Notes under the pieces: generated by a model
Database searches by the model: none
What the model was told of the DNA's origin: nothing
Seen by the model: only the letters and a program-made list of their open reading frames with translations
Shown here: positions 46,939-58,659 of the stretch, one piece after another
How positions within the stretch are numbered: position 1 is the first letter of the stretch
How the letters are laid out: every line of letters starts with the position of its first letter
From: Perkinsus olseni
Lineage: Eukaryota
Assembly: GCA_013115125.1 (NCBI GenBank)
Contig: JABANN010000098.1
Location: 1 to 64,000 of the forward strand
Direction: 5' to 3'
Length of the DNA stretch: 64,000 nt
Position numbers and translations under genes: made by a program

Positions 46939-49900
46939 ATGACCGTGGACACTGTGAGAGGCAGCCCCATGAACGTCGCCTTCATGGGCCATTACAAAGC
47001 TGGCAAGTCCACGGCTGCCGGGCATCTCCTGTAAGTTGTCGTGATTCATGGCTGCTTCGTTGTGTGACTGTTCTTCCAGAGCCCTCTGTGGAGCTAAGAA
47101 GGAGGAGAAAGTGAAGGAATGTCAGAGGCGAGCGGAACGGGCTGGGCAGGTAAGATTAGAATGAACCCGAACTCGTAATTATTGATGTCACCGCGAGTAG
47201 CCACATCGAAGGCTTCAAAATCTGAAGGGAACCGATCGGATTTTGCCTCGCTCGCCATTAAATTGTCCGAATTACCCGCGCATGTGTGCGTTTCTACATC
47301 ATCATGATTCATGATATTTCGGAGAATGTATCATGCCCTCAGGCCGACCTAAGATACGCGTGGATACTGGATCGACTGAAAGTGGAGCAGGAGAAAAGGA
47401 TGACCATCAACACTAACTTGGACTACTTCCATACTCACAAGTGCTTCACTCTTACTCGCATCAGTTGTCTGGTTGCTTTCGTGGTGAGAGACCGAAGAAA
47501 ATATCCGACATTTTGAAACACCTCTGTGAGTAAAAATCACCGAGCACTTGTCGGAGCCCGTTTGATAGAGCATCGGCCGACGCCCCGACTCGGGTTCAAC
47601 TCCTGGTGCTGCTCCTCGCAGGACTCCCGCGGTAGGAGGGACCGACCCTGGCAACCTTTCCGGGTTCGCTGAAGACGTTGGGTATAAGTTGAGGTGAAGT
47701 TGGCGGAAATGTGGTATCAGGTATCGCTATACCCTGCTCGATTGCCCCGGTCATAAGGACTACCTTCGTAACGCTATACTAGGCGCATCACAGGTGAGCT
47801 GATGGTGTCGATGGGTGGATCCTTTCTCGGCCGGCGAGGGAAGTCTCGCGAGCAGTAGAGCTGTTCAGGCGGACGTCTGCGTGCTCGTGGTCTCGGCCGT
47901 CTGGGATGAGTTCGAGGAAGGGATTTCGCAGTTCGGCGAGACTCGGGAGCACGCCTTGGTGGCATATGTTTCCGGTGAGTAGAAGTTCGGAAAGTTGTGG
48001 TATCAATCGGCTGGCATCAGGCGTGAGGAGGATGATAGTGGCGGTGAATAAGATGGACGATGAGGAGGTTAACTTCTCTCAAGCACGCTTCGAAAAGATA
48101 TGCTCGGCGGTCATCCGCCACTTGCGTAAGGATGCTATTGCCGCCAATTTACGTCATCCACAATTTTTTCGGAGAACCGATTTTTTTTCAAAAAAAAATA
48201 TGAAAAGTCGCGGACACTACCCCTCCGAAGGTGTATGGTTATGAAGGACGGGAGTAGAGCGGACAAGGGGATGCTGGTCCTCGCTTCAAGCTACTGCTCG
48301 AGATTACCAGCGCAATGATCCTTGGTCAATGCGCGAGCTGATGGCCCAACGCAAACATCGGCTTCTGCCACGCCAGGAGGCCTCTGACTTTGAATCAAAG
48401 TCTTTGATATTTTAGATAATCTCGGCTTCGGAGACGACCGGATAGAAGTCATCCCTATTTCGGCGCTCACTGGTTACAACCTCTTCAATCGGGGACCTGT
48501 CGATCCTTCCGCAGAGGTCACGATGCCATGGTAGGCAGGGGGTACGTTTCGGATGTTGAGGACTCAGTGGCGCTGAATCGCCTTTATCGAGAACGGTCGG
48601 CGAAGGAGCGATGGGGCGAAATTGGCCACAGAGGCGTAGAGCTTTAGGGACTCGATATTACTCGCAATAAGTGAAATACGGCTTTTCACAAGAATCACGG
48701 GAAGTGTCTTTGCTTTAATGTTTTGCAGAAAACAGATGAACCTACATTATAAGTTATCAAGGACTCATGTCGCGGTAGCAGCTCTTTTGCACTATCTCGT
48801 TGCAGTAGGTGTAGTTTTAGAACACAATATAAGTAGATTGGGCTCATAGTGAACGAGATAGAGCAGATAGAAACTTTCTATCTGCTCTATCTCGTTCAAA
48901 CTTTCTATTAGAAAGTCGAGTAGTTGAGGGAATGGGTTGATGATGAAGCTAGTATGAGCTGCACAGCTGGATTGTATTATCATCATTATCGTCCTATCAT
49001 CAGGTACAGCGGCCCCTCCCTCTATGAGAGTTTAGACATGTTGCCCTCCCCGCACCGTAGGGAGGCCCAGGGCCCCTTCCGGATGCCCATCGCGGACATT
49101 CACCGCATCAGTTCGGGTAGCAGCTCGGACACCTCGCCAACGGTCGCGGGGCGGTGTCCGAAGACAGCAGTAATTCTGGCTGGTGAGGTCACTAGTGGTA
49201 GGCAGCCTCGGGAAACTCGAAACTCATCGCCGCATCGCAGTCTCTTGGCAGGTACCGTCGCAGTGGGAGATGCGGTACGGGTGGTACCGGGGGGAATAGA
49301 AGCCACGGTTGTCAGCATACAGGTGGGGAGGGGAGTTGAAGAATCTCGCTGCACCACCAGGCTAAGCGCGGTGAGCGTCGTCCGTGGAGGCCCAATATAA
49401 CGCGGAACTCACTAAAAGATTTCCCTCGTGGTTGGCTTTTCCTACAGTACCATACAGTCGCTAGCTCCAACAGGGACGAGTAATGAGGCAGAACGTCGAG
49501 GGAGACTTTCTAGTACCTCATTGGACACAACCTCAGGGCTTCAGATCACAGTTCTTGATGGGTGCTGAGATCTCGAAAAGTCTCTCGAAAATGGTACCGA
49601 ATAACTCTAGAATAAAGTGCTTAAAATTCGTAGCGAAGGAGTCCTTCGGAAGGGCTAGTTCCCTCGAGGGAAGTTCCTCCGTCCATCCCCTGTCAGACCG
49701 GCAACGGCGTCTCCGAGCGTAAGGCTGCCGCCGGTGACAACATCGGCATCAAGGTGGAAGGGGTGACGTCGAAGGAAGTCCGTCGCGGCCAAGTGCTTTC
49801 CTGCATCGGTGATGCAGCCGTCGGCGAGTATCGTCGAGTGGAAGCGCACGTGGTGCTGGTCAACTTCCCGGGCGAGCTCCGAGCCGGATACTCGTAAAAT

Positions 49901-50328
49901 ACCACCCGAAGTGGTTTTTGGCGTATCTTTTTTTCTGTGCAGGCCAGTGATCGACATCGGAACAGCCAGCAGTACGGTGCAGTTCAAGTCCCTCAAGAAA
50001 CGAATGCATCGAACCACTGGGGAGGTGCTCGAGGAGGATCCTGAGCTGCTGATTCAGGTGAGAAAATGGGTCAGAATTGCCGTCACGGAATAAATCACCC
50101 GAACGTTTTTGGACCCTGAACGCTTACGTCTGGAGAGCGATTTATGCTACTTCTACACGTCCAACCGTATTCGTTTAGGGTGACGGAGCGAGGGTCGAGC
50201 TGACTATGTCAAAGCCGATGGCCTGCTGTGTTTTCCAACCCAGCCGGAGCATTCTTGGAAAATTCACCATTCGAGATCGGAAGACAGTCATCGCCGTCGG
50301 TACGATCCTTCAGACCTACTTGAAATAG
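46939..50328 (+). CDS. Divergent EF-1alpha-family translational GTPase (EF1A/HBS1/eRF3/EFL superfamily), multi-exon
   Basis: Spliced: [21 protein letters not shown] (G1), [18 protein letters not shown] (G2), [28 protein letters not shown] (G3), [18 protein letters not shown] (G4), [11 protein letters not shown] (G5), [17 protein letters not shown]...[31 protein letters not shown]. Stop TAG at 50326-50328. The start may extend to ATG 46810. Confidence 0.9.
48850..48898. repeat. Perfect 49-bp palindrome (24-bp arms, 1-nt spacer) in an intron of the GTPase gene
   Basis: tgaacgagatagagcagatagaaa-c-tttctatctgctctatctcgttca. Confidence 0.9.
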
Positions 50329-50629
50329 CGACAGTGTGACAACGTTTCTACTGACAGAGTTTTGTGTTTTGGCCATCATTAGCGAGAAAAAATTCGAAAG
50401 GTCTTTTTTTCTTCGGAAAAATTACTTTCTGGGGAAAATTAGTGAGACCATCGTAAAATTACCGCTTTTCTCCTGAAAAAAATTCTCACTCTGCAACAGC
50501 GTTTGCAGCATTCTGACCTACCCCGTGTCTGAATTTTTGTTGATTCTGATAACCGCAGTTGGTTGCCTCTTCTCGATGTCATCTTCCTCGGGATACGTCC
50601 GCGGCCGTTCCCGAGCGTTCGGCCAGCTC

Positions 50630-52216
50630 ATGGGGGCCCGGCACTACTGCAAACTATGCAACTGCTGGTAGGCGACTCTGGCAGCGGTCTGCCTGGCCAT
50701 CTGCCGACCCCGCAGGTGCTCCCTCCATCCCAACGCCATCAAGATGCACGAGAGGAGCGAGCGGCATCTCGCGAATGTCGAGCGGGAGATCCGGAGACAA
50801 CGGCAAAGTGAGGTCGATGCTAAGCGTGACGAGGCCGAGGTGGCGAAGCAGATCGCTCGGATGAACGCGGCGGCGATGTCCTCTATGGAGAAGGACGCTG
50901 GGTGAGCGTCCGGCACTGTGGACAGCCTGAGGGAACGTGAGTTTCAGGTTGTTCGATCCACGTCGCAGAGTGACCGAGTTGCCAGAGCCCAATATTAGCA
51001 GACCCGCTCTACTCAGCTCCAGCAGCAGCTCGGCGCCACAGCCAGGCGAAGAGGAGAAGGAAGAACAGTCAGCTCCCTCGGGGCCGCCTCCTCTCCTCCC
51101 GCCGCTGCCTTTGGCGCTGCAGAGGCCTCCTCCCGCCGGCACGGTGACGCTGCCCCCGCCAGCGAAGCCAGCGATGCCCGTCCGTGTGCCGCCGCCAGCT
51201 CCGATGCCGGCTATGGTCATACCGCCTCGCCCGGCAGTCCCGTCCGGCCTCGTCGTTCCTCCGAAACCGGTAGCACAGGTGAGGAAGAACGATGAGGAGG
51301 CGGATGAAAAGAAGCCACTGGTGCGCTAACTGCCTCATACCCTCAGTGAATCGAAAAAATTAGGAAAGTTTTCCCTCAGGAGTTCATCCAAAAGGATGAC
51401 GAGCAGCCGTCCTCGGAGTTGATGAGCGCCTGGGATGACACGAAGGTGGCAGCCGCGAGAGCAACATCTTCGCAGCAGCCGAAAATTGATGCCAATACTG
51501 GCCTAGGGACATGGCAGGCCGTTGGTAAGGTCGAACCATTTTCTTTTGAATGATATTTTTGGTGGCTCGGTAGATTCGAGTCATAGTGCCTTCGGGGATG
51601 CGACGGTGAGGACGAAGAAGCGCTCGCATGGCCGTGGAAGGATGAACGAAGCCGACGGTGAGTGGCTGGCTGAAGGCGCAAGGGGATATCTTCGATCGAA
51701 GAGATGATTATTTTTATCATCATCGTCAGTAGAGTATTTTTCGCTTTGAGGACTACTAGCAGTTTGAGCGGCTCTTCTTAGAGGGGACTGCCGTCATTTT
51801 CACAATGGTAACACTTTTCTCGGGATATTCGGTTCTTCGTGGCCTGAATATAACTGAAATGGTAAGTCTCTTTTCGCCAAATCTTCGGTCCTTGACTGAG
51901 GATGGATTGGTTTGGAAGATCCCTCTTTTATCCAGGAAATTCCAATAAATTTCACGGAAAATGCATGAGAAATATCGTTTTGAAATTTCGGCTACAACTC
52001 GCACCATCGCTACTCTCGACGGTGGATACGGTTGTTTATGGTTTGTATTCATCTTTACTGCTTCGTTCAGAACACGCTGACGAGGACGAGGGCGCCGCTG
52101 CTGCGGAAGAGGAGGATGGCCACGGAGCATACAATGAAGATGAGCTCTTCCTGGGGGACCTCGCCAAGTCGTCGAAGTTCCTTGCGGAGTCGGAGGAGTG
52201 CGAAGAGCAAAAGTGA
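50630..52216 (+). CDS. WBP4: U1/matrin-type zinc-finger spliceosomal protein, WBP4/FBP21-like, with a Pro-rich middle region
   Basis: Joining across a ~48-nt intron gives MGARHYCKLCNCWCSLHPNAIKMHERSERHLANVEREIRRQR...AKQIARMNAAAMSSMEKD, which matches the FBP21 N-terminal CxxC..W..H..H finger and following helix. A TGLGTWQAV motif occurs later. No WW domain was seen and the 3' end is uncertain. Confidence 0.72.
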
Positions 52217-52499
52217 GCGTCTGAGAATCTTATGTTGACTCTGGCACATCACGGTGAATCAGACGAGAAGTGTTGGCGGTGGATGTGAGCTCAAGCGTTG
52301 GCAACAAGCATGCTACCAACGTGAGCAGCACGTTTGGGGCATCGAGGCGGCATCGAGACAAGAGACGACGACGTAGAACTGATGACGATGATTGATTCGC
52401 TCATTTTGGGGGAGTTGAGTTCACTTGAGTTGGGCGGAATAAAACGACTTGTCATCGTCCGCGGCGAGTCTCGGGCGGGGACATTCAGTGCCCGCAGAT

Positions 52500-55400
52500 C
52501 AACTCATGGACTTCGTCGCTCTTGAATTTCGAAGTCTTCATGGACACTTGAGAAGCTTTCTCTGAGAAAGCAAGCCTTCTTCCAATGCACGAGCTGCTCT
52601 ACGGGGCACGGCCCGACCCAACCCAGGGTAACACTGTTGCGTGCGGTTCTAGCAATGGTCTTTCGAGAATACTTGGAGGCTCTGCAGTACTTGGTAGTGT
52701 TTGCGTTGCTTGCATTAACTGTTAGTGACACTAGTGACCTCGATGCTCCGAGAGCAACATTCTTCGGCTGGATGAACAGAGCTTATTTAAACGGGCTGAA
52801 CTGATCCCCCTAAGAGAGGTTCGTCGGTGCTAGTCTAACCAACCCGTACTGTCGGCGTTTGAACTCACACACACGACAACTGTCTGGCGCCGTACTGTCT
52901 AGCGACACTTACTGACAACCCGACATTGTGACAGCTACGTCATTGAAAAGTTGATACTCCCGCCATCGCCAGGAAATTACTCGGCGTAAATCGCAATGTA
53001 TGAGGACTGAAATTAACCCCCTTGTGAGCCGCTGCTGCCGATGCGTCGAAGCCGAGCTCCAATGGTGATGGCGGTGGCAACGTGAGCGTGCAGGGCTTGT
53101 CCAGGTGGACTCGATCCCAGAGAGACAATCTGAACAACAACTTCGATAACTAGACCTTTATAACGAGAGCGGAGGTGACCAGAAATACCCGGGATCGAAG
53201 TTCGAACCTCGGCATGGGTTTTTTTTGTGATCAGCTACCACGGCGCAATAAATGCAGAATACACAGAGCGCGCGCTTTCAAATGGTATACATCCTGCGAG
53301 TTCAATCACCATAGTAGTCGCCACGGCACTCGGAGGAGAAATTCGCACGGACGAACGCACAAGCAAGCGCAAAGTGTCATGGTATATGCTCCGCTCCCTC
53401 TATGATTGCGTTAATCAAAGGTTACAAAGGGCCATTAGAGGTCGTGCAACAGAGAATAGACTCTGCGCTTGCGATAGGAAAGACACTTACTTTCCAGTGT
53501 TGTCAGCGGAGACCAGCTGTTCGAAGCCGTACTGAGGAGGTACAGGCATACCGTCCAGACCGTGGGGCATGCCAGCCACCGGCCACGACCACGTCAAACA
53601 GGTCCTGAAGAAATATACTCGACACGCTAGGATACCCTCGTCAAAGATATTCCAACGGTCAGATCCCTCACTTGAAGTCACAATAGATATACTTACACCG
53701 GAGCCCCTGTCGGATGGTGGCAGAGCCGCTGTCCCGTCTTCCGCAGATCCCAACAGAGAAGCCGACCTAAGAAGGAAAGGATTCATCAATGCCAGCGGGA
53801 GACATTATCGGAGTTCACCTCCGGAGGTGCCAGCTGCCAGCTGCTCTCCACCATGCGAGAACCCCATGGACAACACTAGACCGGCGCCGGGAGGCAGAAA
53901 CAGTTTGCGAGCGCCTGAAAGAAATGAAGCGTGGAGCCGAGATGAAGGGTGTCGTGTCGTGTCGTGTCGTGAGATATGACACGTAGCATTCGGAATAAAC
54001 GGAATCGTAGTCGGGGGGGGGATTCACAGGAAACCACCATCGTCCTGAGCCACCGTTGATTTCACGCTTCGACGTCCAGTCAGATCGAACCTTACAGCTC
54101 CCGAACACGGGCTTACACAGAGCGGTCTGTTGTTATGCAAAAGGGTAAAGGTGGAGGTGGAAAATCGGAGTATCGAAAAAAAAGATGGGAAACACTAAAA
54201 GGCGAAAAAAAGAGAAAGGAGAGGACTGTGGGAGACTTACATCTCGGCGCTGCGACGTCCCAGAGCTGGATGACCTCTCCCTGAGCGACGGCCACCATTT
54301 GGCCGCTGGGATGCCAACACATCTGGTTGAATCTAGAGGTCGCACCATGTAAGATACAGTGGACAAAGATACGCCTCTACTCACCCGCAAGAGAGTCTCT
54401 TCCCGTGAGTATCCTCAACCAGGACTCGGAGGCAAACAGGAACGTCCGTCCGCCACAGACGACAATCGACCCCTGACAGGTTCGCTGACGGCGCTGTCGT
54501 ACACAAGTAGTATCTAAGGTCGATCCCTGCACATTACGAAAAGGTCGAATGTCGCTTACGAGAGAGGATTCCACTTTAAGGTCCACAGAGGGTTGGTCGA
54601 ACCATACCCGCTGTAGGCTACTATTTTACACAGCTTCTCGATACCTGAGGCAGCAGACGCGCGAAATAAATCGCAGGTGAAAGATTCTTTCGATCATCAC
54701 AAGACCCTCCTCCGACGAGAGTTTGAGACGATTAGTACGTAGCGGTATGGGAGAGATAACCACGACGGGCGCCACGCACAGCCACAGACCAATCCAGATC
54801 CGAGCCGAAAGTCGGGCGATTTACGGTATAGCCACCAACGGATTAACAGCATCCTCACCGGATGAGCTGAGGCGACACAAAATAAAGTAACCTACTCCAC
54901 AGCGAAAGCTGACCGCGTCGAGTTCCCACAGCCAGCAGGGGGCAATCGGGCGCCAAATCGATCGCGCTGACGCCGCCACCGACAGGGACGCTCTGACATG
55001 TGGAGATTCTTGCGGCGACTGGGCGGGTGAAATCAGGCTTACCGTCTTACTCGTATGCCCACCAACGCCCGAACTCGGAGTAGAGTTGTCGTAGTATCTG
55101 CAACCCAGGACGCACTGTGACAAGAATGGAAGGAAGGAGGTGCTAAACCCTATCCGACTAGTCCCACCACTTGGCACGATGCACCCCCGTTTCAACGTCA
55201 AAAAAGGATGTATATAAAACTCGTTACAAAAATAGTCGCAAATTTGCGTATAAAATTTTTCTGAGATTTTTATGAAAAATTTCTGAAGATTTCCGAATAC
55301 TTTCACTGTTTCTTTTCCACATAGCAGCAGGCGAGATTTTTCTTCCACTGTAAAAGGCTCGCTGACCACAGCGTCTTACAGATGTTTATACACGCTCGAG

Positions 55401-58400
55401 ACGAAGCGTAAGTCCTGCGACACCAACGCCTGGGCGGCGACCTCCGAGGATGGTGGCTGACCTGGGTCTGAGGGCAGCTCCGATTGAGCATCTGAGGGGG
55501 GGGAGATGATGTCGTAGCACACAAGGGAAGGACAGCCAAGAGGCGGAGCGACCGACCATGCAATAATTCATACGTAATTTCCTGCAGCGTGAAAGGATCT
55601 ACTGGAGAGAAATCATTGCGTGCTCGAGGCAAAAAGCTTGCTAGTCTCCCAGCTCGCCAGAGCAAATAACGAAACCGGGACAGAAAATTTCGAATCACTG
55701 GCAATTTTCTCGGCGGCAGCAGCCGATCCTTGAGGCAGCCAGACTTCGACCCGTGACGCTTGAAGTGACGTTATTGGCGATGCGAATGGCGAAGGTATCT
55801 TCCGTTAGTATTTCTTATATTTCCGGTAGACCTGCACTCAGAGTACCCTACGCGACATCTACAGCGGAGCATCGGTTGTGGCAGAGAGAACTTATACAGC
55901 ACAGAAAGTTCCAACTCGAATCTTGTACCGATTTTCCGAGGAGAGGCAGAAAAAAACTACGCACGAAATGGTGCATGGGTGAGACAACAGAGGACGAATC
56001 TTAGGTTGAAGCGTGCCTTACCCAAGTTCCACAAGAGCACTTTGTTGCCCGCCTCGCAAGCTGCCCCGATGATAGAGGCGTCGTTGGAGCAGGTCATGGC
56101 AGTTACTCCGGTCGAAAGGGACGGCGAGCCGGACGAGGTGGATACGGATAGCGTGCAGACCTGAGGACGACCTGTGAAGTGCATGAGTGAACAAAAGATA
56201 CGCCGTGACGGCCGTATCAGAGTCGAGAAGGGATGATGAAAACCTAGACGGTTGGCATCCCTTGATCAGATAATACCGCTAACCATGATCAACCTAAGAT
56301 TCCCATCGCCAGAGGTACGGACTTATATGCTCCGCGACCGATAAAAGAATCCAAGGTCGACCCTGGCATTTGGCAGAATCTTTGACCTGCGTATCCTCAC
56401 GAATCATTCCTATCCAGCCAGATCTACCGTATCTTTCATTCTGTCTTGCGCCACAATCAACCTCGGATACTTTTTCACCTACCTGGGGAGGCTTCCTGTC
56501 ACTCACCGCCACTCGAACCTGCTTCATCGCCGCGAACTTAGCACTGGTGGCTACTCTATGGGGAAGAGTATCCGACAGCAGCGGCAGAGACGAGCACTGG
56601 ACAATCTAAGAACAGGGGGAGGGCAGGCTGTGGCGATCGGTTATTGGATCGGTTGTCCCAACGCCCATGTATGAAGGGACGCCCTGTTGATGAATCCCCC
56701 CTGGTCGTATTCACCGCGCAGCTACTCGACTACGAGTAGGTCACTCATACCTTAAATTGCCCCATTCCGCGCGGATTTCGTGGTAAGGCTCGGTCAAGAC
56801 CCAGTCTACGGTCGGCTGTACCACCCCAAGGGAGAAGACGACCTTAGGCAGCCGGAAGAAAACATCTTCGGTGGTCATGCTAGCGACGTGGGAGTCTCCA
56901 AATTACGATGTTATTAGTATCTTATTTTTCATAAGTCACATGATTCGACTTGCTTCTTTTCATCCCACCATCAACCTAAGATTCCTACGTTCTTCGAAGA
57001 CCAGCTGGTAACGTTGCGCTCCTCTGAGCTCTCTCTGCTCCGCTTGCCCGTAGAATGGGAGCTTCCGGTGGTCTCGAAAAGACTTCCGTACGCCTCCGGC
57101 GGCGAGTAGGCGTCCACTGTGTAAACAACTGCACAAGAATCTTTGTTAATTGCGCACAGCGAAGAATATCTTTCTACAGTTGCTAGCCGGGACTTGATAC
57201 GCTAACTCAGCTTCGGACTTCGTCATCTGATTCTGCCACGCATACATCTCGGCTTGCTCCACCGAAGCCTGGGAACCTAGATGCGCACGCGGAAAATTTT
57301 CAAAGATACTCCCTGGTCACTGCTACGCACTTGCGAGACTGTGCGGGATCAGCCCGGTGGTGTCAATGAGCTGCACTCGTGCCTGCCGAATTTGGGATCA
57401 GATAACAATACCACCCGTTGAGGAATAGCAAGATTGCAAGATTTTGAGTTTGCCTACCGGGAATCCTATCTGAGTGGTCAGGGATATCTGACTGGACGAA
57501 GATACGAAAGCTTGGAAGAGGTCAAACGCCCTCTGCGTGGCTCGAACCTGTCCAGGAGATAATCGCAAATTTACTTCAAGGGCCGGTCGACAGAACGGAC
57601 TGTCTGTTCTGTCGCAACTGAATGTATTGTGACGGACAGTCTGCAACAGGCTCTCTGGTATAACACTCCGATCGGTACTGCATCGAACCGATAGAGAACA
57701 GAGTGTTTACTCACGACATCCCTGAGGACCTGTGCGAGCATACGTTCCCATCGAGAGATCTCCTATGCTATCCGAAAAGCACGCGCAAGACAAGAGGGAA
57801 TATGGTGGGTGTGTCGTCGGGTCGCGAATCGACTCACCGGGCATTTGTAGGCCGGGTCTTGATAGAAGCGGTGCCATAGTTTACTGTCACCAGTATGGTC
57901 TTTGATATCCGCTATGCTTCCAACCTGACGATTTGCGAAAGGAGTGGTATGGCAAGCACGCATGCACACAGATACCCGTGCAAATTCAACAGCGTCACTC
58001 CGTAAAGTGACATCTACTGTATCGACAAGCTCCTTAGTGAGACCCCTCGCTGCGTCTGTTGCCTCCACCGTCCCCTGGGCGAATAACCAGACCACCTCGG
58101 ACACCTGAGGAGAGCCCTTCAATGACGCGCAGTACACGACGCCTACAATAACGGGCCAGGCTATGCTAGCTAGCTGCCATCGTAGTGCTGGGTCTGCAAA
58201 ACCGATGGGAAAGCGAGCCAACGCCTCCACGCCCAGCTTCACAGCGGGAATGTCACGAGGGGCTTCCATTGGGCAGAATTGGGCAACTTCCCTCTGAATG
58301 CGAATCCTCCGGACCAATTTGCACGAGGACGAGCGCTGAGTAATGCGAGTCTGATTGAACAGCGTCCCCTCCCCTCTCTGTTGGTCTCCCTATTAATAGT

Positions 58401-58617
58401 GTATAATAAGATATCTTCATACCAGGCATGCCTGTGAATAACCGGCTTCAACCTAAGATTCCTTTCCCCACTGAACTAGACACTCGCAGGCTTCTTAGTG
58501 AGAACATGATAAGTGAAAACTTACGAAAAATGCGGAGTTGATCCAGCAAGCAATTTCGTGGCGCGCGACATCTCACAGCTCCTCGGCTTCTCCACCGCTG
58601 TCGTAAGCCCTGGTCAT
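52500..58617 (-). CDS. WD40-repeat protein, multi-exon (possibly TAF5-like); 3' boundary approximate
   Basis: Start MTRAYDSGGEAEE|gtgag at 58617. WD-like exons: GVTAMTCSNDASIIGAACEAGNKVLLWNL, GGVSAIDLAPDCPLLAVGTRRGQLSLW, MCWHPSGQMVAVAQGEVIQLWDV, FSHGGEQLAAGTSGG. Confidence 0.7.
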
Positions 58618-58659
58618 TTCTTCGCTTCGCTCTCGCATGAGGCGACGATTGTTGTTCTT

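Noticed and set aside
50654-51220. 188-aa Gly-rich minus-strand ORF
   Set aside because: Antisense of the Pro-rich exon of the zinc-finger gene.
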